64,000 bases of DNA from an uncultured Nitrososphaeraceae archaeon (GCA_963837175.1 CAWIMJ010000034.1:1-64000); one strand, 5' to 3'; numbered from the stretch's first letter, positions 12,408 through 24,901 are shown. The notes: generated by a model not told the origin, from the sequence alone. Numbers and translations: made by a program.

Positions 12408-14995
12408 TCTATGGAATAGATCAGCTCACAGACAGACATGAAAAATACGGAGTTATTAAAAATGATATTATTGAGAATGTAGATGTTTGCATTATTGGAT
12501 CTGGAGCCGCTGGTGCAGTTCTTGCAAAGGAGCTCGTAGAATCTGGCAAGAAAGTTGTTTTAATTGAGAGAGGTGGATATCATGAAGGAAAGGATATGAA
12601 TCAGCGTGAAGTTGACATGATGCCTCTTCTTTGGAAAAATGCAGGCTTTAATTTTGTAGATAGCCTCAGAATAGCTATAGCCCAAGGATGTTGTTTAGGT
12701 GGCTCAACTATAATTAATGATGCTGTTTGTTTTGATACTCCTCCACGGGTGCGGGAGGAATGGAATAGACTTGGTGTCAATTTTACCGATGATGAATGGT
12801 TATATCATCTTAAAAAGGTAAACAGCACTCTCAATGTGACTAAAGTAGCGGACGATGAATTAAATAGAAACAATTTGATGCTCAAGAAAGGCGCAGAAGT
12901 ACTTGGACTAAGAGAGCATCGGAATAATTCTAGAAATTGTGTTAATTGCATGCAATGTGGATTCTGCCATATAGGTTGTCATTATGAGACAAAACAAAAC
13001 GTTCTTGTAACATATATCCATGAGGCGTTAAAGAAATCTGACTCTGATATGAGAATCTATTGCAACTGCTATATCGAAAAAATCATCCATAGAGATGGCA
13101 TTGTAGAAGGTGTGGAAGGCAATTTTCTTAATATTGATGGAAACAAGACTTATAGAATTAGAGTTAATGCAAAAATATTCATATTAAGTGCAGGAGCTAT
13201 AGCATCGTCAAAGATTCTTCTCCAAAACGGGATAGCGCAAAATACAGCAGGAGTTGGTTTATGCTTGCATCCAGGAATTGAGGTCATGGGAGACTTTGAT
13301 TATGAAATAAAGGGTAACCAAGGAATTCCTATGGCATATACAGTACATGATTTTGGCGTAACCAGAAGTACAGACGAAACAAGAAAAGAGTATAATTTTG
13401 ATGCTGGAGAGTTTCTAATTGAAAGTATCTTTCTCCCATTACTGCAATTTTCTATTGCACTTTCAGGTAGTGGCATAAGTGAGCATAGAAGACTCATCGA
13501 GAGGTTCAATAATTATGCAATGGCCGGAATTGTAGTACGAGATGATAACATTGGAAGGGTGACTCTTACATCCACAGGAAGATCAAGTATTAGCTATGAG
13601 CCAGGAGAAAAAGAGCTCAAGATACTTGCAAAGGGTGTTGAAGTATTAGGAAAAATGTGGTTTGCACTTGGAGCTAGAAGAATAATTATTTCTCACAGAA
13701 ATATGAGCATCATAGAAAATGAGTCAGATATTCCTAAACTCATTGATAATATACTTAATGATCCAAAGAATCTGCTCTTAGGTTCTGCACACCCTCAGTC
13801 AGGAAATAAAATCGGTACAAATCAGGCTGACTCTGTAGTAGATTCATATTGCAGAGTTCATGAATTCAGAAATCTCTTTGTCTGTGATGCAAGCGTATTT
13901 CCAACATCAGTAGGAGTCAATCCACAAATCACTGTAATGACAATATCTTCTATAGTTGCATCAAGAATAATCAAAGATTGGAAGGATAAATATGAGGGTA
14001 TTTCTTTAACCAAGAGTTTAGGACATTCATGTGCAATATCACAACCAATGTATTGTCTTAGAGATAATTTATCAAAACTATTTGATTCTGCAAGTACTCA
14101 ATTTGATACACAGATGCTTGTCAATGCTACAAATGATAAAGCAGAAGAAGCAAATTGGAAGTTCGACCCTGAAACCCTTACAATATCAAATAACTCACAT
14201 TGGAAGGGAATATTTCCTCGAGATACTGACATACAGAATACCTTAACGATTTACTATGGTGGATTTTGGAAACGATTTACAAAGAATGCATCAGGAGACA
14301 TTATTGGAACAACTCATCCATTTGAAATTCCAGTCTTTGCCAGAAACAAAGCTACTGATAAAGAGTTGGATGGATTTGGAAGAGGGATATTGCTAGAGTA
14401 TCTAGATCCTCCTTACAATATATTTTGTGATGCCTTGAAAATAGTGGATGAAAACACCATACTTGGTAAAGCCTTTCTAGGTAAACCCACCCTAGGTAAA
14501 GAAATCCTGACATTTTCAATGTCAAGGAAGTATCCTTTTGAGTTCATGACTGAAGAAGACCATCAGATGCTATACAGTAAGATGAAGAAACCTACGTTGC
14601 AATCAATGGTAGGAGTTTGGGAGGGTCAACTTGTTTCAGATTCTATATGGAGTGAAATTGTATTCAGATTCAAATATTATTTTGATAAAGACGGAAAGAC
14701 TTTGAAGAATGACTATATATTTAGTAATGTCCTTGCAGGTACTGCTATAGTTAACGATAAAGAAGATCATGTAGAAATGCAGGATGCTACTGGCGGTATT
14801 TTTCATGATGAGATAAGACAAGTTAATGATAATATTTTGATAGGCAAATATTATTCGGAGCGCAATTACTTACTTCGCTGGCTTCCAGATGGACTCAGCT
14901 TTCTACATGTCGACTCAGCCAGACAAAGTGTTTATCTTCCTTACATACTAAAGAGAATCGGAAAAGAATCTGCGTTTAGAAATCGAGTTGGCTAA
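12398..14995 (+). CDS. GMC family FAD oxidoreductase with C-terminal GXWXG/DUF4334-like domains
   Basis: IIGSGAAG FAD motif, LGGSTIIN, CxxCGxCxxGC, SAHPQSG, DASVFPTSVGVNPQIT. The roughly 330-aa tail contains VGVWEG, DALKIVDENTILG and DEIRQVNDNILIG. Confidence 0.9.
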   Translation: MGIIYGIDQLTDRHEKYGVIKNDIIENVDVCIIGSGAAGAVLAKELVESGKKVVLIERGGYHEGKDMNQREVDMMPLLWKNAGFNFVDSLRIAIAQGCCLGGSTIINDAVCFDTPPRVREEWNRLGVNFTDDEWLYHLKKVNSTLNVTKVADDELNRNNLMLKKGAEVLGLREHRNNSRNCVNCMQCGFCHIGCHYETKQNVLVTYIHEALKKSDSDMRIYCNCYIEKIIHRDGIVEGVEGNFLNIDGNKTYRIRVNAKIFILSAGAIASSKILLQNGIAQNTAGVGLCLHPGIEVMGDFDYEIKGNQGIPMAYTVHDFGVTRSTDETRKEYNFDAGEFLIESIFLPLLQFSIALSGSGISEHRRLIERFNNYAMAGIVVRDDNIGRVTLTSTGRSSISYEPGEKELKILAKGVEVLGKMWFALGARRIIISHRNMSIIENESDIPKLIDNILNDPKNLLLGSAHPQSGNKIGTNQADSVVDSYCRVHEFRNLFVCDASVFPTSVGVNPQITVMTISSIVASRIIKDWKDKYEGISLTKSLGHSCAISQPMYCLRDNLSKLFDSASTQFDTQMLVNATNDKAEEANWKFDPETLTISNNSHWKGIFPRDTDIQNTLTIYYGGFWKRFTKNASGDIIGTTHPFEIPVFARNKATDKELDGFGRGILLEYLDPPYNIFCDALKIVDENTILGKAFLGKPTLGKEILTFSMSRKYPFEFMTEEDHQMLYSKMKKPTLQSMVGVWEGQLVSDSIWSEIVFRFKYYFDKDGKTLKNDYIFSNVLAGTAIVNDKEDHVEMQDATGGIFHDEIRQVNDNILIGKYYSERNYLLRWLPDGLSFLHVDSARQSVYLPYILKRIGKESAFRNRVG

Positions 14996-15765
14996 TGTAT
15001 CTTCATTTTATGATACCACTTTACTAACAATAAGTGCATTAGCATATAGAATAGCATTTTATATTGTTGAGAGAAATAGAGATTAAACTAATCTTCTACC
15101 ATAAAGATAAAACAATTTCATTCTCTTTTACTATCAAATATCTACTTGGTTTTTAATCTGTTTTTTGTGGTAATAATAATATCACTTATCCCTTTAGTGT
15201 TTTTTGGTTCCATAGTCTACTTCAAAATCCTTCAGTCCCTTCTGTATCAGGATTAAATATAAGATTACAAGACCTCACTGGTTGTCGTAAATGTCACGAA
15301 AAATATTTAAAAGTATGATTGGACAACTTGATTAAATTGTATCTTAATTATCTAATATTATTCAATTGAAAATGCACTCACCTAACTAAGCTCATATAGT
15401 TATCCTAGAATGCAAGTATATTTTGTTTAACATTATTGCAATCAGTTTTGAAGTTTTAGGAAATGCTTTATTATCAACAATTATTATTTCTCATATCTAT
15501 ATTATCTTCTGTACTGGGTTTTCTGTTGCAACACATATAATTCATTTACACATTAGACGAAGCTCATATAAGGGATCATAAAATAAGATTGTTATAGATG
15601 ATATATATAAATACATAGTCCAAAAGAAAACATATAAGATAAACATAAATATGATTCTATTCATTATTATTTGAAACTTATTTCTTCTATAATCAATCTC
15701 AATCATAATAATATGTTCATAGTGAATATATCCAACTACTTTTAACAATTAGATATTCTAAATTT

Positions 15766-16809
15766 GTGTTTGTTGTCAATAAAAGCTTATTTACTCTAAA
15801 GTGGTATTACCTTCATTTGGTATCAAAAGAAAAGTGTTCCATTTCGCAGCCTATGTATTGTACTGTTAAGAAGCTAGATACATTATTCAACGAAGCAAGA
15901 AATGAACATCCTATAGAATTTCTGATAAATGCTGCTGATGATAGTTCTGCATCTGAAAATAAATGGTCATTTGATATCGACACATTAAATATTTATAATA
16001 ATAAATATTGGAAAGGATTTTTCCCCATAGATCAAAATTTTGATGCCATTCGCTATTTTGGTGGATTTTGGAAGCGCTTTTATAAGGAAGATGGAGTGAT
16101 AAAAGGAGTTACACATCCATATGAGGTACCTTCAGTATTTGCACCTAATTTACCCCAGATGCAAGATAATCATAGAGGACTAGGACAAGTTATATATCTT
16201 AAATACACAAGTCCAGAATACTCACTTTTCTACGATATATTAAAGATAGTTGATAAAGATGTTATCCTTGGAAAGGCATTCTTAGGTGTTCCTCCTTTTA
16301 GTATACAAATACTTAATTTTAGTATGTCACGAAATTACAGTGTTGACTTTATGACTGAAGAAGATCATCAAACAATCTATCAAGAATACAGTAAGGCTCC
16401 AACTGCTAATGAAGTGACTGGGCGATGGGAAGGCAAATTAGTCTCTGATAGTGCCTTGACGCCTGTAACACAAGAATTCAATTATACCAAAGATAATACT
16501 GGAAAATTGCAGATGCAATATACTTTTGGAGGCTTATTAAGAGGAATTTCTAAAGTTGTCCTTACACCAGAACAAATGAATATGTATGACTTTACCAATT
16601 GGCATGATGAGGTAAAGATTGTTAAAAATGATTTTATGATAGGTAAGTGGTGTTCTCCTTGGACACAAATTCCATTGACATTTGGGCCAAGTTTCTTGAG
16701 TGTAGAAAAGGGCTCTGAAGGAAATAGGTTCTGCCTGAGATTTACATTATGGCGTAAAATACAAAAGTCGACGTTACAGAAGGCTCGAAAAGAAAAGAAA
16801 AGAAAGTAA
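15766..16809 (+). CDS. Stand-alone paralog of the GMC C-terminal region
   Basis: Shares ISQPMYC, GGFWKRF, GxTHPxE, LKIVD..ILGKAFLG, FSMSR, FMTEEDH and GxWEGxLVSD with 12398-14995. Confidence 0.85.
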   Translation: MFVVNKSLFTLKWYYLHLVSKEKCSISQPMYCTVKKLDTLFNEARNEHPIEFLINAADDSSASENKWSFDIDTLNIYNNKYWKGFFPIDQNFDAIRYFGGFWKRFYKEDGVIKGVTHPYEVPSVFAPNLPQMQDNHRGLGQVIYLKYTSPEYSLFYDILKIVDKDVILGKAFLGVPPFSIQILNFSMSRNYSVDFMTEEDHQTIYQEYSKAPTANEVTGRWEGKLVSDSALTPVTQEFNYTKDNTGKLQMQYTFGGLLRGISKVVLTPEQMNMYDFTNWHDEVKIVKNDFMIGKWCSPWTQIPLTFGPSFLSVEKGSEGNRFCLRFTLWRKIQKSTLQKARKEKKRK

Positions 16810-17694
16810 CAACGATAATACCATACAGTAAATATTCTGAAGACATCTGGAAGATATAAAACAATTTGAAATTATGGTGGAGGATACATATGTACAAAAT
16901 AACTATCACTCTTGAGGAACTTATCCACACACTTCTGGAATAGATTTTCCATAAGCTGGTTTTAACCATTCTTTACAGGAACATTAAAGTTGATTACCTG
17001 CAAAAAGAAAATACCATAAAGATAAATAGGCACGAACATCAGGGCCATGTACATACGGGCAACTAATCCAACTTAGTCCGTATTTAAAAGATCTAATGGT
17101 ATAGTAAATTTTTGTATTGAGGATATTCAACATGTGTAGGAAAAATAGGTAAGCCAAGAATACTATTCACTGTATGCAAATAATAATGATTACAATTCCA
17201 TAGAAGAGAAAAACTGAAGACAAAATTTCATTGCTTTCTGTTTGACATATTTATTCTCCCCTTAATGAATAGATTGTTAAAATAAATATAAAGTTAGATA
17301 TACTTTTGATATTACATTCAGATACGTTGAGGAAAAGTAGAATAATAGTTTAATCCCATATTGATAGTCAAAAGCCATTCATAGATCTAATGTAAAAAAC
17401 CCTGCATTTTATCTAATCTCTTGGCCAATCTCTTACTATTACATCCATAGCACTATTGTCAGTGAAGATAGAAAAAGTTCTCTAAAACGATATATCCACA
17501 ATCACTACTGCCTGGAATCATTATCTCAATGATATCAAGTATTTCTTTAGATGGCTATATAATAACAAAAAAACAGAGAATAAATATACTGAAAAAGATG
17601 AATTGCATCGTCATCATATCACCACATATTGACCTCCATCCTTTGTGAGAATCAAGAAAAAGAAGCGTGGTAAGACATAGAGTATCTCTAGCTA

Positions 17695-18534
17695 TACTAA
17701 CCAACAAAAGTTCGTTTACATATTTTTCTTAATATATGAGGTTTACTAGGCTTAAAAAATCCATTTTCTTGCTTTTAAAAGATATACAAAATTATGGGCT
17801 CTGTTCACTTAACGATTTGTAATTGTTTGTTATGATAACCTATGAATAGATTTAACCAATTCCACACATGTAATAATAATTTACAATTCTTCTTTCTGCA
17901 AGGGAAATAGTCATTATCAAAGCATTCTGTGTTCTATCTTTTTTTATGTACCGCATTGTTCTTCTTTCTCTCTAATGATGCTTTTCTCATAAGATAAATG
18001 GATATATGATGATGAGACAATCTCAAGAAGAACCTACAAGCCTGTGGATAGATACCAAGTACCTCCTCCATCTGTGGAAACTGGATGTTTACCATGAATC
18101 CCAACTAAGCTTGAAATAAATCGCTCAGCTAAGAGCATATATTTCTCTCTTTAGATATACTAATTCCAAGGATTTCCTTACTCTCAAGTTCAATAGCAAC
18201 CCAAAGCCATATCAATTCTGAATCAATTTTTATTAATATTTCATCTATGATGAATTCCTCGATTTTCTTTTTCCTTCCTTTCAAATATCTTTTTGGGTTT
18301 ATACTTTTGTATCCAATTCCAGATTGATTGATACATGATTTCTCTCTTTATAAAACAAGACGATAATCTTTTGGATGTCTTTCTTAATCAAAGACCTGAA
18401 AAATAAAAATATAGACCATAGTCAATATATTCTGAAGATGTTCTGTTTCTTGTATTCATAAAAAGAAGAGATAGGACATATTCAAGCTATAGATTTATCG
18501 TTAAGTGAACAGAGCCAAATTATGTTAGGTAGTA
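17695..18534. mobile_element. Diverged copy of the 112-bp IS630-type MITE, interrupted by IS6
   Basis: Removing the IS6 and one TSD gives a sequence matching 40678-40789. Flanked by TA on both sides. Confidence 0.8.
17797..18516 (-). mobile_element. IS6-family element, 720 bp, defective transposase
   Basis: Terminal IRs ggctctgttcacttaacgat and atcgttaagtgaacagagcc. 8-bp TSD aaattatg. IS6 motifs FIIDE, WLWVAIE and STDGGG lie in broken frames. Confidence 0.92.
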
Positions 18535-18759
18535 TATAAATAGAACTTTGCTCCAAAATAAAGTACGTCCTCTTCTAGATAAATATCACTACAAGACAGA
18601 ATGAAGATACAGACATATTCTTAAAATATGGAATGAGCTGGCTTATTTTTGGAACTCAATCCAATAGACAACGTAATCATGAATACAATATTAGTATACA
18701 TATCCAACAAAAGAATAGTATCCTCATTTCAACTAATATAAGACTTTAGCTGACAAATT

Positions 18760-19881
18760 CTATTTCCATTTAATATATTTTTTTAATTTTGTAAATAGTG
18801 ATGGAAATTCTCTATCTATATCTTTTCGAGATTTTGTACCAAATTTAAAGGGTCTTTTTTTAGATTTTATAAATGGAATATATTCCCATTTCCATAGGTC
18901 GTGATTATTATCACTTTCAGACATTGCATGATTTGAAGTATTAATAAAAACAATTGGGTAATAGTAATCCATAAAATAATACTTTACATTTCTTTCTGGA
19001 GGAAGAGGATTGCCATGAATAGTATCATATGTAATATCATAACCATAACTATATATTTTTTCAAAAGTAAAATATTTTTTATTATCACTCATAATTTCTG
19101 AGTTAATATGAATTCTAAATGTTTCTATATCTTTAACTCTTCCATAATATAAATGTCTATACATTTCATATATTTTATTTAAATATTTGTATCTTCTTAG
19201 ATGTTCATTCTCAAAAATTATTGATATTTCTATTTTATTTTTTTCAATAGCTGCACAATGAACTTCACGAACAAAGTTTCTTAATGAATCAAACGCCGGC
19301 TGATAGATTATTGGAACAATTTTATTTTTAATATCATTTTCTTTTTCACTTTCTTTAATATCTACATCAAATATATTATTGCCTTGTAAAGATCTGATGT
19401 CATCAATATCTATTTCTTTAATAAAGGAAAGTATTTGATTATATAATTTGTAAATATTAGTTGATTTTATATCTGTGCCCTTTTTAACCCATTCCCAAAT
19501 CCAGTATCTATCATCTAATTGAAATACGTATCTTTCATGTGGCTTTTTAGCAATAGATTTTGGTAAATTTTTGGCTGATTTTGATAATTGATAGTATTTA
19601 GTACAGATTTCTGACAGATGGCTTATATCAATACCTAGCATAAATCTTAATCTAATGGGCTTGTTACCCATATAGCTGCTATTCCTATTTGTTTTAGTTC
19701 TAAGAACAAGCCTTGTTTTTCCATTAGCCAGCCTACCAACAAGATTGACAGTACAGTTGTCCCAATCCAAGATTATTTTCTTTCTTTCCTTTCTTTTTAC
19801 ACTTTTCTTGAGATATTTTTTTTCATAAATATTTATCTCATGAGAAAACCAGAACAATGATGGTTGCTGTCTATTACTCAA
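18760..19881 (-). CDS. Hypothetical protein
   Basis: 373-aa ORF with an FINTSNHAM motif. No family recognised. Confidence 0.7.
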   Translation of the reverse strand: MSNRQQPSLFWFSHEINIYEKKYLKKSVKRKERKKIILDWDNCTVNLVGRLANGKTRLVLRTKTNRNSSYMGNKPIRLRFMLGIDISHLSEICTKYYQLSKSAKNLPKSIAKKPHERYVFQLDDRYWIWEWVKKGTDIKSTNIYKLYNQILSFIKEIDIDDIRSLQGNNIFDVDIKESEKENDIKNKIVPIIYQPAFDSLRNFVREVHCAAIEKNKIEISIIFENEHLRRYKYLNKIYEMYRHLYYGRVKDIETFRIHINSEIMSDNKKYFTFEKIYSYGYDITYDTIHGNPLPPERNVKYYFMDYYYPIVFINTSNHAMSESDNNHDLWKWEYIPFIKSKKRPFKFGTKSRKDIDREFPSLFTKLKKYIKWK

Positions 19882-20025
19882 GTATTACTTTAAATTATTA
19901 ACAAGTTAAAAAGTTTTGAGAAACAGAACCTTAAATCAAAATTGTATTTGTAGTTTAAGTTAATAATTATAATAATTTGTAATTTGCAATTTTGATTTTG
20001 TTTTCCAAATTAAAGTTTTGATGCA

Positions 20026-20169
20026 TCAAATTTTGTGTCGATAACAGTTTACTGTTGACTCTTTCCAATGGCGTAACAACTTTTTGATAATATCATTCAT
20101 AGTTTCTTCATATGATCCGATCTTCATAAGCTCGCGATGTGTTTGGTCACTAATTCTTAGTGTCTTCAT
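20026..20169 (-). CDS. Small ribbon-helix-helix / antitoxin-like DNA-binding protein (47 aa, below ORF track cutoff)
   Basis: MKTLRISDQTHRELMKIGSYEETMNDIIKKLL fits the archaeal T-I-x-I-S...ET..D.I.RL pattern. Confidence 0.7.
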   Translation of the reverse strand: MKTLRISDQTHRELMKIGSYEETMNDIIKKLLRHWKESTVNCYRHKI

Positions 20170-20478
20170 GTTTTATTGAATATATGAATTCGACCATCAA
20201 TATTATATATCTGTTATGCAATTTACGCAATATATATAAGTTATATTTAATATACTAATAGTAATAAATTAACAGCAAACAAGCAGTAATAGCAGCAGCA
20301 AATCAAACAATAAAACAAATATTCAAAAGAGGCAAGGATTTTGAGCGTATGTTGCTTACATCTGATTCTTGATCTTGCCGTCGATAATAACTACTTTATT
20401 CTAGATAAGGATTATAAAAAGAGCAGGAAGATCTGCAAGTAAACTAGCTGCTAGCGCTGCGGCAGTAGAAATAACGAC

Positions 20479-20507
20479 AATAATAATAATAATAATAATA
20501 ATAATAA
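20479..20507. repeat. (AAT)9 microsatellite
   Basis: Read directly from the sequence. Confidence 0.9.
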
Positions 20508-20512
20508 CTTTT

Positions 20513-20935
20513 CTATCGTTCTCTAACAAAATAATCTTGATTCTCAATCATCTGTTTAACTAGATGACGATGACAGAATTCACCTTCCTTTTCAATACAT
20601 AACAAGGTGACTATTTTTTTATTATTTTCTTTATTTTTATTATTATCAATCGCTTTATCTCGTAACATTGCAAGTAGTTTCAGAGCATTTTGATTCTTCA
20701 TTATTTCATTGTTAAATCGTGTTATATATTCTTCTTTAGATATTCTCCTTTTATTCTTGTCTTTAGGATACCAATCTCTATGAAGTTCCTTACTTGATGC
20801 TAAGTCTCTAAGCCAATCAACAATATGCAATACCTTCTTTGACTTTGGTCTAGCCCAATATCGCATTATTAGATATCTTTCTCCATCTTCTTTATCATTA
20901 ATTGGATCGTTATACGACTTTGTTTTAACTGGCAT
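20513..20935 (-). CDS. DUF488 / YeaO-like protein
   Basis: EDGERYLIMRYW, WLRDLASSKEL and VTLLC.E....CHR motifs. Confidence 0.8.
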   Translation of the reverse strand: MPVKTKSYNDPINDKEDGERYLIMRYWARPKSKKVLHIVDWLRDLASSKELHRDWYPKDKNKRRISKEEYITRFNNEIMKNQNALKLLAMLRDKAIDNNKNKENNKKIVTLLCIEKEGEFCHRHLVKQMIENQDYFVRER

Positions 20936-20959
20936 ATCTTCTATGACATTCCATGATGA

Positions 20960-21370
20960 TTATATCTCATACTCTCTTTCTTTTTCCTCTTGCCTGTAAC
21001 TGTCGCTGTTTGTCGTTATACAATGCCCACCTGCCACTTTGACTCTAATAACACCAAATAAATTAGTTTCAAATTGTTCTTTGAATTCTTGTATAGAAAG
21101 CTCTTCTAAGGCTCCTACTAATGCATACCTAGCATTATTAACTAATACATCTATTGTTTCTTGTTCATTTACTATCTTCCCAATTGCTTCTTTAACAGAT
21201 TTGTCATTAGTTACATTAAGCTTTAAAACTTCTAAAGGTAATTTTTCTTTTTGTTTTAAATCGATAATTGCGTCAGATTTATCAAGATTGCGCATTGAAG
21301 CATAAGTAAAAAATCCATTTTTTGCTAATAATGCAGAGGTTTTAAATCCTATACCAGAAGAACTATTAGT
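20960..21370 (-). pseudogene. Truncated short-chain dehydrogenase/reductase
   Basis: SSSGIG upstream of the listed ORF, IDVLVNNA, FETNLFG. The catalytic YxxxK half is missing. Confidence 0.8.
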
Positions 21371-22134
21371 TCTGGCCTATCAGTATGAAAAATAAATACA
21401 TCAACAAATAAATATGTTTTAAGATATAGATGTGTATATAAAGCGAGAACTTCAGAATTATTACCTTTCAGTTTATCTTTGCTATTTGATGATATTGTAG
21501 GTAAGCTAATCCAGCTAAGAATAATCCAACTATTATAACGGACGCTATTTTAATTACTTTCTATAAAGCATAACTGAGAAATATTCTAGCATAGAATCCA
21601 CCACCAATTGTAGCTACATATGAGCTGATATTATCATGATTCATAATCTTTTGTACCAGAGCCAATTATAATCAGAACAGCTAGAAATGGTGTGTTTCCA
21701 ATAGCAGGAATGATAAGTTATGCATTAGTCTTTATACCATTGCCTAGGTCTATAACTATATTTCTATATTTTATTGTCTGTAAATCTGATTAAGCATGAA
21801 CTGTGAAAATACTCCCAACAACATATAATAAGAAAGATGTAGAATAACAGAAATGACTATCGCTAGTACTTTCAACAGGTAAACTTAAAATTTTTTGATA
21901 ATAGAATGGTTATAGAATCAACCGTAGAAAAGGGATTCTTTGAAGTGCTTTTAATAGAGCTAGCAAAATAAAAATGCATCAGCAACGATTTAGGTGGGAT
22001 GAATGGATAATACATAACGCCTATATTCTATCTATTGTATCAGACTATCTTGGCATCCTGACTATATACTAATACAAAATATCCAGATCTATTATTCAAG
22101 CATGTTACTAGATTTGCTGCTTTAGTAAATCTTT

Positions 22135-23862
22135 TTATGGCGTTCCGGATGTTTGGTTATCCATAGCACAATTGCTATATGTACAGGTTACACTTTCAAG
22201 GTATCTGATATTACCGTCAATTAGGGCTCCTATTTTTACTTGATCTGAGGGATTCTTTACCACATCATCATCAGGTGAACCTCCACGAACTGAATCCATA
22301 GTTGATAAAGTACGATTTAGAGTAGATATGGCCGCATCTATATTACCCGACGCTACAAGATCTCGCACATTATTCTCTTTTTCTGGAAGAGTATTATTGC
22401 CAAAAAACGATTGATTGCTTACGCCTAGCACCTGACGGAATTCATCTTTTATTGCATTTGCCACAACTTCTTTTTCAATTCCCGCTCCAGATATGCTACC
22501 AAGCAAGGATGCAGGTGGCCCAAGATCATTCTGAGAAGTTTTGTTAATCGCGTTATCAATTACACTATTTCTATTATTAATCTGTTGTTTAATATCATCC
22601 ATTGTCATTTCTTTAAATTGTTGGCCAAATAAGGTATTATTATAAAATGTAGTTATATTATATTCGTTTGACGTGTAATCTGTTACATTACTTCCCTCCT
22701 TATATGGAGCGCCTACAAGATTAAATTCTCCTTCATTGACTCTAGTTATGTATTTTAAATTATCCCAATCGTCATAACTAATCAATTGTGTATATTTACC
22801 ATCACAATTAATATCTCTTTTAATATTTATATCGTCATAATCACCGTCACCATTCCAGTCAATAGCAGAACCTGCTGTCTCAATTGAGGGTGGACAATTG
22901 ATAAAAGTTAGCAATTCAGGTGGACAGCTTTGACCAATACCTTGCCGCTCAATAAGATTATTCTCATCAATGGGCGACAAAGCACATTCTGAATAATCTA
23001 AGCGCCTATTATCAATCTTAAATGAAAATTGAAAATCATAATTCATTACGCTAAAATAATTTGCTTTACTATTATTACCATCATTACCTCCATGAAATAG
23101 ACCTAAATTATGACCGAATTCATGCATAAGAGTTCCTTCTTGTAGATCAGGTGTCCCTATGTGATGTTTGGTAGTCGGATGAATAGGAAAGTTGTTATAT
23201 CCAAGTGAAACAATAAAATCCATCGCTGGAATTCCGCGAGATATACCTGAATTAGGCTGATTATCAAAAGTGTGAGCGAATATACAATAATGATAAACCT
23301 GTCTTTTTGCAGCTAATATATTCATAGAGTTATCGGCGTCTGATCTTTGAGTAATATTACCGAAGTATGCATTTTTGATTTCATCGAAACCATGCCATGT
23401 CTGTTTCCATTCTCCATTAATTTTCTCAAAAACTATTATTGCATCCTTATGGTCAATTTGATCATCTAACTGTACGTGCAAATTAATACCTTTAGAACCA
23501 TCAGGGTTACAAACTGGAGCAACTTCAAATTCACTGATAACATCAGGAATTACGCTAGAATACGGTTTATGATACTTCATATAATCTACCTCCAAAAATA
23601 AATCTTTGTGAACTGGACTGGCTCCAAGAGCTGCTAAGTTAAGATCTATTTTATTGTCACCGTTTATATCTATTCCTTCTACTTCCCACTTATTTGATAT
23701 TCCATCTCCATCAATATCGTCAGGATCATTAGATATACATAGCTGACCTGATGCCAATTGTAAAGGAGTAACTGTAATAATAATAATCGCAATAAATAAA
23801 CACAATAAACTAAATCGGTAATTTTGTATTGTTTTCCAATCTGAATGGTCTATTGCTTTCAA
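22135..23862 (-). CDS. Secreted metzincin-type zinc metalloprotease with Ca-binding acidic motifs
   Basis: N-terminal hydrophobic segment, DIDGDGISNKWE, HEFGHNLGLFH (HEXXHXXGXXH) and the SVMNY Met-turn. Confidence 0.85.
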   Translation of the reverse strand: MKAIDHSDWKTIQNYRFSLLCLFIAIIIITVTPLQLASGQLCISNDPDDIDGDGISNKWEVEGIDINGDNKIDLNLAALGASPVHKDLFLEVDYMKYHKPYSSVIPDVISEFEVAPVCNPDGSKGINLHVQLDDQIDHKDAIIVFEKINGEWKQTWHGFDEIKNAYFGNITQRSDADNSMNILAAKRQVYHYCIFAHTFDNQPNSGISRGIPAMDFIVSLGYNNFPIHPTTKHHIGTPDLQEGTLMHEFGHNLGLFHGGNDGNNSKANYFSVMNYDFQFSFKIDNRRLDYSECALSPIDENNLIERQGIGQSCPPELLTFINCPPSIETAGSAIDWNGDGDYDDINIKRDINCDGKYTQLISYDDWDNLKYITRVNEGEFNLVGAPYKEGSNVTDYTSNEYNITTFYNNTLFGQQFKEMTMDDIKQQINNRNSVIDNAINKTSQNDLGPPASLLGSISGAGIEKEVVANAIKDEFRQVLGVSNQSFFGNNTLPEKENNVRDLVASGNIDAAISTLNRTLSTMDSVRGGSPDDDVVKNPSDQVKIGALIDGNIRYLESVTCTYSNCAMDNQTSGTP

Positions 23863-24219
23863 TCTCTCTAGACAGAGCAGCGATAAATATAAATATTATC
23901 CTATAATGGTAAAAATTGTTAAGTGTATCTTTTTGATATAACATTGAAAAATATTTCTATAGAACCTATAACACTTGATGAAAGAATGCTATGAGGTATT
24001 TTGTGTATTTCCAATTTCGTAATGTCAAATTTAATTTCATTAATGTCACTATAACTGCTATTGTTAACTAGGTAAATAATATTATTTGGGATATCCTAAC
24101 TTAAGCACTCACTTCCTTATTATGATAGTCAACAAAGTGAGCGAATTTCTCAAATCGATTAGTCTGCACTTGCCTCTTATACATGGAAAGTAATCATTAA
24201 AGCACTCCGTTCTGTCCTT

Positions 24220-24778
24220 AACGTATTGGACTGTTCTTTCGATAAAGCTTTTTTTTAAAGGTAGAGTGAAGATGATGTCTTAATTTGAGTAATTTACAAG
24301 CATGTAGATATCATGTATTACCATCTGTTGAGATTTGAATTATTCCATAATCTTTTACCAATGAGGAGTTTAGAAATTTCTCTATAACAAACATGTTTGT
24401 TTCTACTGAAGAAAGATAAACATCAAGAAGAATTGATTTTTCTGTTGGTTCAATGGCAATCCATAACCATACCTATATTGATTGCCAACTTTAAGTAGTG
24501 TTTCATCTATCTATATAAATTCAGATAGATACTTTTCTCTTATTCTAAAGTATCTTTTTTGGTTTGAAGCATTGTTGAATCCAATTCCATACTGAAACAT
24601 GATTTTTCTTTTTATAATGGAAACAGATGTTCTGATGCCCTTCTGAGTGAAAGACCTAAAAAGTATAGATGTAGTGTATAGTAAATATACTTTGAAGATG
24701 TCCTATTTCTTTGGGATAGCACAATAGAGATAGGATATACCTTCAGCTATAGGTTTAGCGTTAAGTGCACATAGCTCA
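24220..24778 (-). mobile_element. Degenerate IS6-family element
   Basis: Degenerate IR cgttaagtgcacatagctc near 24760-24777. Fragments GLSLRRA, DETLLKVG, WLWIAIEP and IERTVQY. Confidence 0.75.
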
Positions 24779-24901
24779 CTTGCATAATTAAAAGTTTTTT
24801 TGTAGTTACCAAAAATTAGTATCTAAAAATTCTTGAGATAAATCCTAATCCGTTGCAAATACAATATCTTTATATACATACCTTGGATAAACTCGTTTAG
24901 A

